A stretch of 64,000 nucleotides of DNA from Paraburkholderia sp. (lineage in GTDB: Bacteria; Pseudomonadota; Gammaproteobacteria; Burkholderiales; Burkholderiaceae), in the NCBI GenBank assembly GCA_036264535.1, contig DATAQT010000092.1, positions 33,617 to 97,616 on the forward strand, read 5' to 3'. Made by a program: the position numbers and the translations under genes. The notes beneath the pieces were generated by a model. The model was not told the origin of the DNA. It worked only from the letters and a program-made list of their open reading frames with translations, and searched no databases. Numbering within the stretch: position 1 is the stretch's first letter; every line of letters begins with the position of its first letter. This document shows positions 51,246 through 61,749 of the stretch, one piece after another.

Positions 51246-51665
51246 GTGAAGACAGCGAACATCAAAGACGTCGTAAACATAAAGGGCGAATTATTTGAGG
51301 GGGCGTACAGAAAGCGCAAAATGCGGGCTGAAAATCTATACTGCTGGTTCAATGAAAAAATGGTGCATTATCCACACGCGAGCATCGAAATATCCCAGCA
51401 GCATGAGGAATGGGTGGATTTCCATGTAACTTTTTCCCTGACGAAAGAGAAAGGCGGCTGGGAGACGGGAACTGAAACAGCATCCTATAGCGTATACGTT
51501 ACGATTGATCGAGAAACGGATGCGATTGCTGTATCTCGAACAACGGATGCGAGTCGCTGGAAGTTGAGTGGCGTTAATCCTGGTTTCAAGAGTTTTGCTG
51601 ACTCGGACCGTAAAGCCCTGGAATTTGCCAAGGCATTTTACAGTGCGGCTTTTCTGGGGATATAA
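51246..51665 (+). CDS. AT-richer orphan hypothetical protein
   Basis: TAAGGAG RBS before GTG; 139-aa ORF with atypical codon use. Confidence 0.65.
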   Translation: MKTANIKDVVNIKGELFEGAYRKRKMRAENLYCWFNEKMVHYPHASIEISQQHEEWVDFHVTFSLTKEKGGWETGTETASYSVYVTIDRETDAIAVSRTTDASRWKLSGVNPGFKSFADSDRKALEFAKAFYSAAFLGI

Positions 51666-51782
51666 CGAGAACGGGTTTATCTATATACCCTGGGCACTTC
51701 GCCTTGCGGGCCGTGCCGCATCGCCGCTCGACATTAGCCCCCCGAACTGCTGATCCGTCACTCGAACCTCATATTTCGCGCA

Positions 51783-53342
51783 CTACGTCGCCTGCTTCAG
51801 AAGTTCGAGCAGGCGATCATAGTGGACCGGCTTGAGAAGATAATGATCGAAGCCGGCGTGTAGCGCCGTTTGTCTGTCCTGCTCCTGACTCCAACCGGTG
51901 AGTGCAATCAATAACAGCTTGCCTCTGAGCGGGTCGGCGCGCAGCCGTTGCGCAACCTCATGCCCTGAGATGTCTGGAAGGCTGATGTCGAGTAAAACCA
52001 CATCGGCCTGAAATTCTGATGCAAGAAGCAATGCGGCACTACCGCTCGCAGCGGTGCGCGTCTCGTAACCGTCGCCTTCCAGTAATACGGCGAGGCTGAC
52101 GGCCGTGTCCTCGTTGTCGTCCACGACCAGGATACGACGCCTCTCGTACTGCGCGGTTGACGCAGGCACGTTGAGGATTGGCGCAGCAGTTTGAATCGTT
52201 GAAAGCGGAAGCCGGACAACGAACTCGCTGCCCTGATTGATGCCTGGACTCGTGGCAGTCACTGTTCCGCCATGCCGCTCCGTCATCGCCCGCACAAGTG
52301 ACAGACCGATACCCAAACCGCCTTGTGATCGCGATTGCCCCGAAGGCAACTGCGAGAAGATGGTGAACAGCGTGGCGAGATTTTCAGAGGCGATTCCGAT
52401 GCCCGTATCGCGCACGGAAATAACCGCTTCATGGTCTTCCCGGCGTGCCTCCAGTTCGATCTTCCCGCCGGACGGCGTGTATTTGGCTGCGTTGTTGAGC
52501 AGATTCTGAACAATCTGTGCCAGCCGCGTCGGATCGGCATCGAGATACGTGGGACGGTCTGGCAACTTTGCCGTGAAATGATGCGACTCGGCCCGTAAGA
52601 GGTCTCTGGAACCCTCGATAGCCAGCTGCATCACCGCTGACAACTCGACATGCTCCTTGCGCAGTTCGAGCTTGCCCTCCGCAATGCGCGAGACGTCCAT
52701 CAGGTCATCGACGAGCCTGGCCATCAGTGCAACCTGACGCTCCAGAACGCCGCGCGACCAGATGACCTGCTGGTCCGAAAATTCCTTGGTTGAAAACAGG
52801 CGAATAGCAGCCTGGATTGCCGCAAGGGGATTGCGCAGTTCATGAGCCAGCGTCGCGAGAAACTCATCCTTGTGCCGGTCGGCAACTTGCAATGCCAGCT
52901 CTGCCGCGCTTTTCGCCTCAAGCGCCGCCTCTGCCTGCCGACGCGCGTGTAGAAGCTCCTTTTCGTACTTGTGGCGATCATTGACGACTACGCACGCGAA
53001 ATCGTCAAACTCGGCGTCACCGGCCCCACGCCTGACCGCGTTAATCAGCATCGGCACCTTGTGGCCGTCCCGGTGGCGGAACTCCAGCTTCACTTCGGCA
53101 ACTGAACGCTGCATCTGCAACAGCGGCGCCCAGTGGGTCTGATGAAAGACCTTTCCGCCAATCGTCAAAAGGTCCTGAATCCGGCGCTGATCGAGAAGCT
53201 CTCGTGCATCGAAGCCCGTCCATCGGCAAAACGTTGCGTTCACCCGAACGATGGTGCCATCGACGGTGGTCGTCACCAGTCCGCATGGAGCCTGCTCGAA
53301 TGCATCATCGATCGGAACGAGCGTTTGCCGAACGCTATCCAT
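51783..53342 (-). CDS. PAS-HisKA-HATPase-REC hybrid sensor kinase
   Basis: APCG PAS domain; LAHELRNPL, NLLNNAAKY, DTGIGI and GLGIGL boxes; VVDDN and LLDISLP receiver. Confidence 0.93.
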   Translation of the reverse strand: MDSVRQTLVPIDDAFEQAPCGLVTTTVDGTIVRVNATFCRWTGFDARELLDQRRIQDLLTIGGKVFHQTHWAPLLQMQRSVAEVKLEFRHRDGHKVPMLINAVRRGAGDAEFDDFACVVVNDRHKYEKELLHARRQAEAALEAKSAAELALQVADRHKDEFLATLAHELRNPLAAIQAAIRLFSTKEFSDQQVIWSRGVLERQVALMARLVDDLMDVSRIAEGKLELRKEHVELSAVMQLAIEGSRDLLRAESHHFTAKLPDRPTYLDADPTRLAQIVQNLLNNAAKYTPSGGKIELEARREDHEAVISVRDTGIGIASENLATLFTIFSQLPSGQSRSQGGLGIGLSLVRAMTERHGGTVTATSPGINQGSEFVVRLPLSTIQTAAPILNVPASTAQYERRRILVVDDNEDTAVSLAVLLEGDGYETRTAASGSAALLLASEFQADVVLLDISLPDISGHEVAQRLRADPLRGKLLLIALTGWSQEQDRQTALHAGFDHYLLKPVHYDRLLELLKQAT

Positions 53343-54145
53343 CAGAGCCCCAACCTCTTCAGAAAGGCGTCCGTTGCAGACTTGCTCTCGCCGGGAGCGC
53401 TGAGGTGTGGGCAATGTCCGACGTTATCGACGATGCTCAGCTCACTGCCCGTAATGGCGTTGTGCATGTATTGACCGACGGAGACGGGCGCGAGGAGATC
53501 GTCGTTTGACTGGACGATGAGCGTTGGCGTCGTCACGCGGGACAGGTCAGCCCGATGGTCGGCGAGAAAGGTCACGCGAGCGAAATGCCTGGCGATCTCC
53601 GGGTCCGTGCGACAGAAGCTGTTCGTCAGCTCTTCCGCAAGCTCTGGCTGCCCGGGTGCGCCCATGATCGCGGGTGCCATCGTGCTCGACCATCCGAGAT
53701 AGTTGTTCTCGAGCGTTTCGAGCAACTCTTCGATGTCGGCGCGTTCAAAGCCGCCGATATAGCTTCCGTCATTGATAAATGAGGGTGACGGACCGATCAT
53801 GATGTTCGCTGCGAAACGCTCCGGTGCCTTGATTGCGGCAAGCATGCCGATCATCGTGCTGACCGAGTGGCCCACAAAAATGACTGGACCGGTCGTCAAT
53901 CCATCGATGATCTCCAGCACATCATCCGCATAGCCCTGGAGGGTGTTGTAACGGGAGCGGCTGTAGGCCGACAGGTCAGACTCGCCGCTACCGACAAGAT
54001 CGAACAGGACCGTTTGGTAACGATCCTCGAAACTCGGGGCAAAAAGCCGCCACATGTTCTGGTCACAACCAAAGCCGTGCGCAAACAGCATGGTCGTCCC
54101 GCTACTGCCGTTCACATGCACATTATTCCGCTCGCGTACGTTCAT
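53342..54145 (-). CDS. rsbQ: RsbQ-family alpha/beta hydrolase
   Basis: RNNV, AHGFGCDQNMW, GHSVS, IGPSP, SFCRTDP and GHCPHLS motifs. Confidence 0.88.
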   Translation of the reverse strand: MNVRERNNVHVNGSSGTTMLFAHGFGCDQNMWRLFAPSFEDRYQTVLFDLVGSGESDLSAYSRSRYNTLQGYADDVLEIIDGLTTGPVIFVGHSVSTMIGMLAAIKAPERFAANIMIGPSPSFINDGSYIGGFERADIEELLETLENNYLGWSSTMAPAIMGAPGQPELAEELTNSFCRTDPEIARHFARVTFLADHRADLSRVTTPTLIVQSNDDLLAPVSVGQYMHNAITGSELSIVDNVGHCPHLSAPGESKSATDAFLKRLGL

Positions 54146-54234
54146 ACGGCCGCCATGGATAAGAATTAGGCCCTATTGTTCCACAGGTATGCCAACCCAG
54201 CGCCCGTCCGTCCCATCCGGCCGTTCGGCTCCTG

Positions 54235-55737
54235 CTACGAGGACTTGAGCGAAATGCCGAGCGCGGCCGACTTATCCGTCGCCGGCAGCTCGAAGCAGAA
54301 TGTCGTGCCTTTCCCCGCGCGTTCGAGCAGACGGATCTGGCTATGATGCAATTGCAGCATCCGCTGCACGATCAGCAACCCCAGCCCGCCGCCGCGATGC
54401 GCGCCGCTCGCACTGAACGGACGCTCGAACAGGCCCGCGCGCTGCTCTGCGGGGATGCCGGGGCCAGTGTCGCTGACGGTGATCGACACCTTGCCCTCGT
54501 TGTGAGCGAGATCGACTTCGACCAGCCCTTTGGCGGGCGTGTGGCGGATCGCGTTGTCGAGCAGATTGGTCAGCACGCGCTCGATCATCCCCAGGTCAGC
54601 GTAGACGTGCGGCAGGCGCGGAGGAATCCCGGCCCGTAGCTGAATGTGCCGCGCCTCGGCCGCCAACTCGAATTTCTGAAAAACGTCCTGCACCAGATCG
54701 ACTAGCGAGAATTGCTCGAGCGCCGGTTGCACATTGCCGTGTTCGAGCCGGGCCAGTTCGAATAGCGCCTGCGCAAGGCGCCCCACCTTGACGCTTTGCG
54801 CTAGTGCGATCGCCAGATAGCGTTTGCGCTCCGTTTCGCCCAGCGAGTCGGCCTTCAACGATAGCGTCTCGAGATAGCCGTGCAGCGAGGTCAACGGCGT
54901 ACGCAGGTCGTGCGAAATATTGGCGATCAGCTCGCGGCGTTGCTGGTCCTGCCGCGTCAGCGCGCGCCACTGCTCACCGATGCGGTTCGCCATCTGCGCA
55001 AACGTCGCTTCGAGTACGGCGATTTCGTCGCGCCGTCCGGCCCGTGCCGAGCGAGGCACGCTCGGCTGGGTGTCCGGCTCGCCGTCCGCGTCGAAACGGC
55101 GCATGGCTTCGGTGAGGCGGCGCAGCGGCCGCGTGATCAGGCCGAATGCCGTCAAGCCCGCGAGCAATCCCAGCAGCGCGACCAGCGCCATCGACCACAA
55201 CGTGGTGCGCAGCACCGAGCTGGCAGCGACGCGTGCGGCGAGCTCATCGTGGGCTTCGCCGAGCAGGACGACATAGATGTAGCCTGACGGTGGCTGGCCG
55301 GGCAATTGCAGCGGCGCGGCACTGAACACCTTTTTCCCGTCGATGCTGCGCGGATCGTCGCCGAGGATCGGCAGCGCATCCCTGGCGATGAATTGCCTGA
55401 TCGGCGCAAGATCCACCCGCTCGCGCTTGAGGTGGCCCGCGGGCGCATCGTCGCCCTGAATGCGCCCTTGATTGTCGAGCAGGTAGACCTCGACGCTAGG
55501 ATTCACCATCATCAACTGGCCGAACAGTTGGCGCACCGCGTCGGGCCGCAAACCGTTCGCGTCCATCAGGGTGGTGTGGTTCGCAATATGCTCGGCGAGG
55601 CTCTTCGACAGACTCTGTACGACTTCCTTTTCGTGCAGATCGCTGGACCGGATCTGGAGCCACGCCGACGCGCCGCAACACGCCAGCAACAGCGCCGAGA
55701 AGACGATCGAGAGGCGCTGGGTCAGCGTCAGATTCAC
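54235..55737 (-). CDS. membrane HAMP sensor histidine kinase
   Basis: Two TMs, HAMP, SHDLRTPL, NLLDNA, DTGPG, GLGL. Confidence 0.93.
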   Translation of the reverse strand: MNLTLTQRLSIVFSALLLACCGASAWLQIRSSDLHEKEVVQSLSKSLAEHIANHTTLMDANGLRPDAVRQLFGQLMMVNPSVEVYLLDNQGRIQGDDAPAGHLKRERVDLAPIRQFIARDALPILGDDPRSIDGKKVFSAAPLQLPGQPPSGYIYVVLLGEAHDELAARVAASSVLRTTLWSMALVALLGLLAGLTAFGLITRPLRRLTEAMRRFDADGEPDTQPSVPRSARAGRRDEIAVLEATFAQMANRIGEQWRALTRQDQQRRELIANISHDLRTPLTSLHGYLETLSLKADSLGETERKRYLAIALAQSVKVGRLAQALFELARLEHGNVQPALEQFSLVDLVQDVFQKFELAAEARHIQLRAGIPPRLPHVYADLGMIERVLTNLLDNAIRHTPAKGLVEVDLAHNEGKVSITVSDTGPGIPAEQRAGLFERPFSASGAHRGGGLGLLIVQRMLQLHHSQIRLLERAGKGTTFCFELPATDKSAALGISLKSS

Positions 55738-56480
55738 GGTAAGTCCTTGTGTGTACCACCCGGCGTCGGCGTGTCGCCAGCCACGGCCAGTTTGTAGCCG
55801 CGCCCCCAGACGGTCAGGATGCGTTCCGGCTGTGCCGGATCGGCCTCGATTTTCGCGCGCAGCCGGTTGATATGGGTGTTGACGGTGTGTTCGTAGCCCT
55901 CGTGCTGGTATCCCCAGACGGCGTTGAGCAGGTCCATCCGGGAGAACACTTTGCCGGGATGCCGTGCGAAGAAATACAGCAGGTCGAACTCGCGCGGCGT
56001 CAGTTCGATCGGCCTGCCGTCGACCGCGGCCTCACGCGGCAGCGGGTCGATCGTCAGCCCGGCGATCTGCAGGGTGCCCGCGTCGATGCGCGAGTCTTTG
56101 GCCATCGCTTCGACGCGCCGCAGCAAGGCTTTGACGCGCGCAACCAGTTCGAGCACCGAGAACGGCTTGGCAAGATAGTCGTCGGCGCCCAGTTCGAGGC
56201 CGAGAATCCGGTGCACCTCGCTCGAACGCGCGCTGGTGATGATGATCGGCGTATATCGTGTCATGGCACGGGCGCGTCGGCAGATTTCCAGGCCGTCGAC
56301 ACCGGGCAACATCAGGTCGAGGATCAGCGCATCCCAGCCGCCCTGTTCCAGCAGGCGCAGCCCTTCGTTGCCGTCCGCGCTGTGCACGACTTCGTAACGT
56401 TCGTCGCGCAGATGAAGCATCAGCAGGTTGGCGATGTTGACGTCGTCTTCGACGATCAGGATGCGCTTCGGAGTGTCCAT
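55734..56480 (-). CDS. OmpR-family response regulator
   Basis: VEDD, LDLMLP, GADDYLAKPF, TVWGRGY. Confidence 0.95.
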   Translation of the reverse strand: MDTPKRILIVEDDVNIANLLMLHLRDERYEVVHSADGNEGLRLLEQGGWDALILDLMLPGVDGLEICRRARAMTRYTPIIITSARSSEVHRILGLELGADDYLAKPFSVLELVARVKALLRRVEAMAKDSRIDAGTLQIAGLTIDPLPREAAVDGRPIELTPREFDLLYFFARHPGKVFSRMDLLNAVWGYQHEGYEHTVNTHINRLRAKIEADPAQPERILTVWGRGYKLAVAGDTPTPGGTHKDLP

Positions 56481-56680
56481 GGCGGGTTTGGAGTGCGTCG
56501 CGGAGCGTGGTCCACGCACGTTGGATCGAGAGGGCGCCCGTAAAGGGAGCCCACCGTGCCATTGTGCAAAATTTCCGGGCAGCGAGTTATCACATTTAAT
56601 TTAACTTTTCGTGAGGACTTCGACATCGTTCGCGTCCTAGGATGTGGCCACTTTCGCAGATTCGCACCGAGGAGCTCATC

Positions 56681-57193
56681 ATGCAAAGCAGAAGGCGCTT
56701 CCTTTTCTCAGGCGGGGCTGCCGTGGCAGCACTGGCGGCTGCAAGCCGCTGGCGCCCGCTGGCGGCCGCACCGGTCGATGCCGGCCAGCCCGGCAATACT
56801 TTCGAAGTCACGCGCACCGACGAGCAATGGCACCAGTTGCTGAGCCCGGCCCAGTATGCCGTGCTGCGGCGTGAAGGCACCGAGCGACCGTATAGCAGTC
56901 CGCTGAACGACGAGCATCGCACGGGCGTGTTCGGCTGTGCCGGCTGCCGGCTCGATCTGTTCGCTTCGAGCACGAAGTTCGATAGCCACACCGGCTGGCC
57001 GAGTTTCTGGGCACCGCTCGACCACGCGGTCGCAACGCGCGAGGACAGTTCGTTCGGCATGTCGCGCACGGAGGTGCATTGCCGGCGCTGTGGTGGCCAT
57101 CTGGGCCACGTATTCGACGACGGTCCGAAACCGACCGGCCTGCGCTATTGCATGAATGGCGTTGCGCTGAACTTCAAGCCGGCTGCGGCCTGA
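56681..57193 (+). CDS. msrB: Tat-exported peptide methionine-R-sulfoxide reductase
   Basis: SRRRFL signal; GTERP, CxxC, GWPSF, HLGHVFDDGP and RYCMN motifs. Confidence 0.93.
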   Translation: MQSRRRFLFSGGAAVAALAAASRWRPLAAAPVDAGQPGNTFEVTRTDEQWHQLLSPAQYAVLRREGTERPYSSPLNDEHRTGVFGCAGCRLDLFASSTKFDSHTGWPSFWAPLDHAVATREDSSFGMSRTEVHCRRCGGHLGHVFDDGPKPTGLRYCMNGVALNFKPAAA

Positions 57194-57240
57194 GCTCACG
57201 CTTTCACCACAACCGACCTGCACGAACCTCCGGAACCGAC

Positions 57241-59094
57241 ATGCTACTCATCGTTCTCGCCTACCTTGGCGGTGCCCTTACGATCCTCAGTCCGTGCATC
57301 CTGCCGGTACTGCCCTTTGTTTTCGCGCGTGCCGATCAGCCTTTCGCGCGCAGCGGTTTGCCGTTGCTGGCTGGTATGGCGCTGACGTTCGCTCTGGTCG
57401 CGACACTGGCGGCGGTGGGCGGCGGATGGGTGACGCAGGCGAACCAGTACGGCCGCTGGCTCGCTATTGCGCTGCTCGCCGTGTTCGGCCTTACGCTGCT
57501 GCTGCCGCGCTTCGCCGATCATCTGATGAGCCCGCTCGTGAGCGCCGGTAATCGTCTGTCGAACTTCGCACAGGCTGACGGCCAGCAGGTCCGCGTGAGT
57601 TCGTCGTTTCTGCTCGGCATCGCAACCGGCCTGCTGTGGGCGCCGTGCGCTGGCCCGATTCTCGGGCTCGTGTTGACCGGTGCCGCACTGCGCGGCGCGA
57701 GCGTCGGCACGACGCTCCTGTTGGCGGCCTATGCGGCCGGCGCTGCGACTTCGCTTGCGATTGCGCTGTTGATCGGAGGCAAGGTATTCACGGCGATGAA
57801 GCGCTCGCTGGGCGCGGGCGAATGGATTCGCCGTGGGATCGGGGCAGCGATGTTGGGCGGCGTCGTGGCGATCGCGCTGGGTCTCGACACCGGCGTGCTG
57901 GCGCGAGTATCGACGATCGCGACCGGCGGTCTTGAACAGAAACTGGTCGACAGGTTTTCGCCGAACACGAGGTCCGGCAATCCGGCCAATGGGTCCGACA
58001 ACGGAGCAGCGATGACAGCCAACCCCAGCGCGATTTCGGGGGCGGGTGCCAATGTGACGCTTACATCCGGCTCGATGATGCGCTCTTCGGAAGCCGTGGC
58101 GAGCGGCGCGGCGCCGCTGCCGGTCGAAGGTGTGTTGCCGCCATTGGACGGCGCCGTCCAATGGCTCAATTCGCCGCCGCTGACGGTGCAGGACTTGCGC
58201 GGCAAGGTCGTACTGATCGATTTCTGGACGTACTCGTGCATCAACTGCCTGCGTTCGCTGCCGTATGTCAAAGCGTGGGCGCAGAAATACAAGGATCAGG
58301 GGCTCGTCGTGATCGGTGTGCATGCGCCGGAATTCGCCTTCGAACGCAATATCGACAACGTGAAGAAGGCTACCCATGACCTGGGGGTCGACTATCCCGT
58401 CGCGATCGACAACAACTTCGCGATCTGGCGAGAGCTGAATAACCAGTACTGGCCGGCGCACTATTTCGTCGACGCGAAAGGACAGATTCGCTATCACCAC
58501 TTCGGCGAAGGGGACTACGCGGAGTCGGAAAAGGTGATCCAGCAACTGCTCACCGAAGCGGGACACGCGGATGCGTCGAAGCTCGCGCTCGGCATCAGCG
58601 GGACGAGCGCACAAGGCGTGCAGGCAGCGGCCGACAACGCCGATATGGAGTCGCCGGAAACCTACATCGGTTATGAGCGTGCGGAAAATTTTGCGTCGCC
58701 GGGAGGCGAAGCGCAGGACAAGGTGCATACCTACACGGCACCGTCACAACCCGGCGTAAACGATTGGGGTCTGGCCGGCGCATGGAAGGTCGGCGCCGAG
58801 CACGCGAGTCTCGCGGCTGCCTCCGGGCGCATCGTCTATCGCTTTCATGCGCGCGATCTGCACCTGGTACTCGGCCCGGACAAGGACGGCAAGCCGGTTC
58901 GTTTCCGCATCAGCGTCGATGGCGCCGCACCGGGCGCGGCACACGGCACCGACGTTGCCGCCGATGGCAGCGGCATCGTGACGGAACAGCGTCTCTATCA
59001 ACTGGTGCGGCAAACGGGCGACGTCGCGGACCATACCTTCTCGATCGAGTTTCTGGATCCCGGCGTGCAGGCCTATGCATTTACGTTCGGCTAA
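57241..59094 (+). CDS. dipZ: DipZ (CcdA + thioredoxin + C-terminal domain)
   Basis: SPCILP and WAPCAGP; FWTYSCINC; SPETYIG; ends in FTFG. Confidence 0.92.
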   Translation: MLLIVLAYLGGALTILSPCILPVLPFVFARADQPFARSGLPLLAGMALTFALVATLAAVGGGWVTQANQYGRWLAIALLAVFGLTLLLPRFADHLMSPLVSAGNRLSNFAQADGQQVRVSSSFLLGIATGLLWAPCAGPILGLVLTGAALRGASVGTTLLLAAYAAGAATSLAIALLIGGKVFTAMKRSLGAGEWIRRGIGAAMLGGVVAIALGLDTGVLARVSTIATGGLEQKLVDRFSPNTRSGNPANGSDNGAAMTANPSAISGAGANVTLTSGSMMRSSEAVASGAAPLPVEGVLPPLDGAVQWLNSPPLTVQDLRGKVVLIDFWTYSCINCLRSLPYVKAWAQKYKDQGLVVIGVHAPEFAFERNIDNVKKATHDLGVDYPVAIDNNFAIWRELNNQYWPAHYFVDAKGQIRYHHFGEGDYAESEKVIQQLLTEAGHADASKLALGISGTSAQGVQAAADNADMESPETYIGYERAENFASPGGEAQDKVHTYTAPSQPGVNDWGLAGAWKVGAEHASLAAASGRIVYRFHARDLHLVLGPDKDGKPVRFRISVDGAAPGAAHGTDVAADGSGIVTEQRLYQLVRQTGDVADHTFSIEFLDPGVQAYAFTFG

Positions 59095-59149
59095 CCCGAG
59101 TCGGACGGCGTGAATCAATGACCCAATGACCCTTTGAGGGATCGACACA

Positions 59150-59890
59150 ATGCATTCGACATCTTCCAGCAGGACTTCCTCGCGCACGCGTTCAGTCATC
59201 AGCAGCTTCGCGATTTGCGTCGCCATTGCGGCGAGCGTACTGGCTGCGCAGCGCAGCGCTAATTCAGCTGAAGCGGCAACGCAGATTCCGCCGCCCGCTC
59301 AGGACGAAAAAGCCGGCGCGATGCATAGCGAAACCGCCGTGTTCGCGGGCGGCTGCTTCTGGGGTGTTCAAGGCGTATTCGAACACGTACGGGGTGTGAA
59401 GCAGGTCGCATCGGGATATTCGGGTGGCGCGGCCGGCACCGCGCAGTATGAAACCGTCAGCGGCGGCGATACCGGACACGCGGAGTCCGTGCAGATCACC
59501 TATGACCCGACGGTGATCACCTACGGACGTCTGTTGCAGATTTTCTTCTCGGTCGCGCATGACCCCACCGAGTTGAACTACCAGGGACCTGACCACGGCA
59601 CGCAATACCGCTCGGCGATTTTCCCTGCTAATCCGCAGCAGCGTTCCGTCGCAACCTCATATATCGCGCAACTCGACAAGGCACACGTGTTTTCAAGGCC
59701 GATCGTTACGCGCGTCGAAGACTTCAAGGGCTTTTATCCGGCCGAAAGTTACCACCAGAATTTCCTCGCGCTCCATCCCGACTATCCGTACATCGCTATT
59801 AATGATCTGCCGAAGGTGAGTGAACTGAAGCGGATGTTTCCCGCCCGGTACCGCAACGATCCAGTGCTGTTCAAAGTGAGCGAGTCATAG
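59150..59890 (+). CDS. msrA: exported peptide methionine-S-sulfoxide reductase
   Basis: Signal-like N-terminus; GGCFWG, TGHAE, QYRSAIF and AESYHQ motifs. Confidence 0.93.
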   Translation: MHSTSSSRTSSRTRSVISSFAICVAIAASVLAAQRSANSAEAATQIPPPAQDEKAGAMHSETAVFAGGCFWGVQGVFEHVRGVKQVASGYSGGAAGTAQYETVSGGDTGHAESVQITYDPTVITYGRLLQIFFSVAHDPTELNYQGPDHGTQYRSAIFPANPQQRSVATSYIAQLDKAHVFSRPIVTRVEDFKGFYPAESYHQNFLALHPDYPYIAINDLPKVSELKRMFPARYRNDPVLFKVSES

Positions 59891-60020
59891 GACGTAACGC
59901 ACGACGCATTCAGGCGCGCTCCTGTGCGAACTGCGTCGGCGAGGGACACCGCCCGGTTTTGCATTTGCCTCCTGGACCAACCATACTGGTTCTGTCTGGC
60001 AACCCTCCGAGCGGACTTCG

Positions 60021-60686
60021 ATGAACGGAAACGATCAAGGCGACCCGCAAGAGCATGCGCATGGCGACGCTCACGACCACCAGGGTAGTGAGTTGTCCGA
60101 GATGGATTTGCGCGTGCGTGCGCTGGAATCCCTGCTAGTAGAGAAGGGGTACGTCGATCCCCGCGCCCTGGACATCCTGATCGAGACGTACGAACACACG
60201 GTCGGGCCGCACAATGGCGCGCGCGTGGTCGCGAAGGCATGGTGTGACCCGGCGTACCGGCAATGGCTGCTGGATGATGCGACCGCGGCGATAGCTTCGC
60301 TCGGCTATACCGGCAGGCAGGGCGAACACATGGTGGCGCTGGAGAACACGCCCACCCGGCACAACATGGTGGTCTGCACGCTGTGTTCCTGCTATCCCTG
60401 GCCGGTGCTTGGGCTTCCGCCGGTCTGGTACAAGTCGGCGCCGTATCGGTCGCGCGCGGTTATCGATCCGCGTGGCGTATTGAAGGAGTTCGGCTTCGAA
60501 CTTCCCGCCGAAGTCGAGTTTCGCGTGTGGGATTCCACTGCGGAGATTCGGTATCTGGTGTTGCCGATGCAGCCGCCCGGGACCAATGGCCTCTCCGAGG
60601 AGGCGCTGGCTGAACTGGTCACCCGTGACTCGATGATCGGCACAGGATTGCCGAAAACACCGGAATCGAAACGGGGGCCGGCATGA
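60021..60686 (+). CDS. nthA: cobalt-type nitrile hydratase alpha subunit
   Basis: [10 protein letters not shown] (Thr marks the Co type), [12 protein letters not shown]. Confidence 0.95.
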   Translation: MNGNDQGDPQEHAHGDAHDHQGSELSEMDLRVRALESLLVEKGYVDPRALDILIETYEHTVGPHNGARVVAKAWCDPAYRQWLLDDATAAIASLGYTGRQGEHMVALENTPTRHNMVVCTLCSCYPWPVLGLPPVWYKSAPYRSRAVIDPRGVLKEFGFELPAEVEFRVWDSTAEIRYLVLPMQPPGTNGLSEEALAELVTRDSMIGTGLPKTPESKRGPA

Positions 60687-61357
60687 ACGGCGCACAAGAC
60701 CTCGGCGGCACGCAGGCATTCGGCCCGATCCAGGCGCACGACGACATCTCGCTCTTTCACGCCGACTGGGAGCGTCGGGTGCTGGCGATCACGCTGGCGA
60801 TGGGCGCAGTCGGCAAATGGAACATCGACATGTCTCGTGCCGCACGAGAGAGCTTGCCGCCTGCGCAGTATCTTTCGAGCAGCTACTACCAGATCTGGTT
60901 CGAAGGACTACGAATGCTGTTGCTGAGCACCGGACTGGCCACAGCGGAGGAAATGGAGACTGGCGAGTCGAGGAGTGAGGCGGCGCCGGTCCCTCGTGTG
61001 TTGAAGGCCGACGAGGTGGCTGCCGCGCTGCTCCGCGGCAGCCCTGTCGAGCGCCCTGCGGCCGCCGGCGCACGCTTCAAGGTCGGTGACAGGGTGCGGA
61101 CCCGACAGCTGAATCCGCTCACGCACACCCGTCTGCCGCGCTACTGCCGCGGCAGACGAGGGTGCATTGTCACAGTGCACGGTGCCCACGTTTTTCCGGA
61201 TACCAACGCGCTTGGGCTCGGCGAACAGCCGCAATGGCTCTATACGGTGCGCTTCCTTGCATCCGAGCTCTGGGGGACGGATACGACAGCGGCGTCGGTC
61301 TGCGTCGATTGCTGGGAGCCGTATCTCGACGACCCGGACGGCGGAGACCAGACATGA
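60683..61357 (+). CDS. nthB: nitrile hydratase beta subunit
   Basis: [26 protein letters not shown] and WEPYL motifs. Confidence 0.95.
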   Translation: MNGAQDLGGTQAFGPIQAHDDISLFHADWERRVLAITLAMGAVGKWNIDMSRAARESLPPAQYLSSSYYQIWFEGLRMLLLSTGLATAEEMETGESRSEAAPVPRVLKADEVAAALLRGSPVERPAAAGARFKVGDRVRTRQLNPLTHTRLPRYCRGRRGCIVTVHGAHVFPDTNALGLGEQPQWLYTVRFLASELWGTDTTAASVCVDCWEPYLDDPDGGDQT

Positions 61358-61722
61358 CTTCCACCCCGCCGAATCTGCCCGAGCTGCGTAGCGCCTTACC
61401 CGCGTTGCCTTGCGACGACGCAGGGCCCGTTTTCAGTGCGCCGTGGGAAGCCCAGGCGTTTGCCATGACAGTAGCCCTGCACAAGCGCGGCATGTTCACC
61501 TGGGCAGAATGGGCAGAATGTCTGAATCGGGCAATCCGTGATGCGCAGGCCGCTGGCGACCCGGACCATGGCAACACGTATTACAGTCACTGGCTGACGG
61601 CGCTCGAGCGCATCAGCACCATCAAGGGACTGGTGACAGTCGACACGCTCCGGCAGCGTCGCAATGCCTGGGACGTCGCTGCGCGTCATACCCCGCATGG
61701 GCAGCCGATCAAGCTCGAGTGA
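61354..61722 (+). CDS. nitrile hydratase accessory/activator protein (P14K-like)
   Basis: PVFSAPWEAQAFA, YYSHWLTALE, TPHGQPI. Confidence 0.92.
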   Translation: MTSTPPNLPELRSALPALPCDDAGPVFSAPWEAQAFAMTVALHKRGMFTWAEWAECLNRAIRDAQAAGDPDHGNTYYSHWLTALERISTIKGLVTVDTLRQRRNAWDVAARHTPHGQPIKLE

Positions 61723-61749
61723 CATTATCCCTTCCACACGGGTCCAGCG

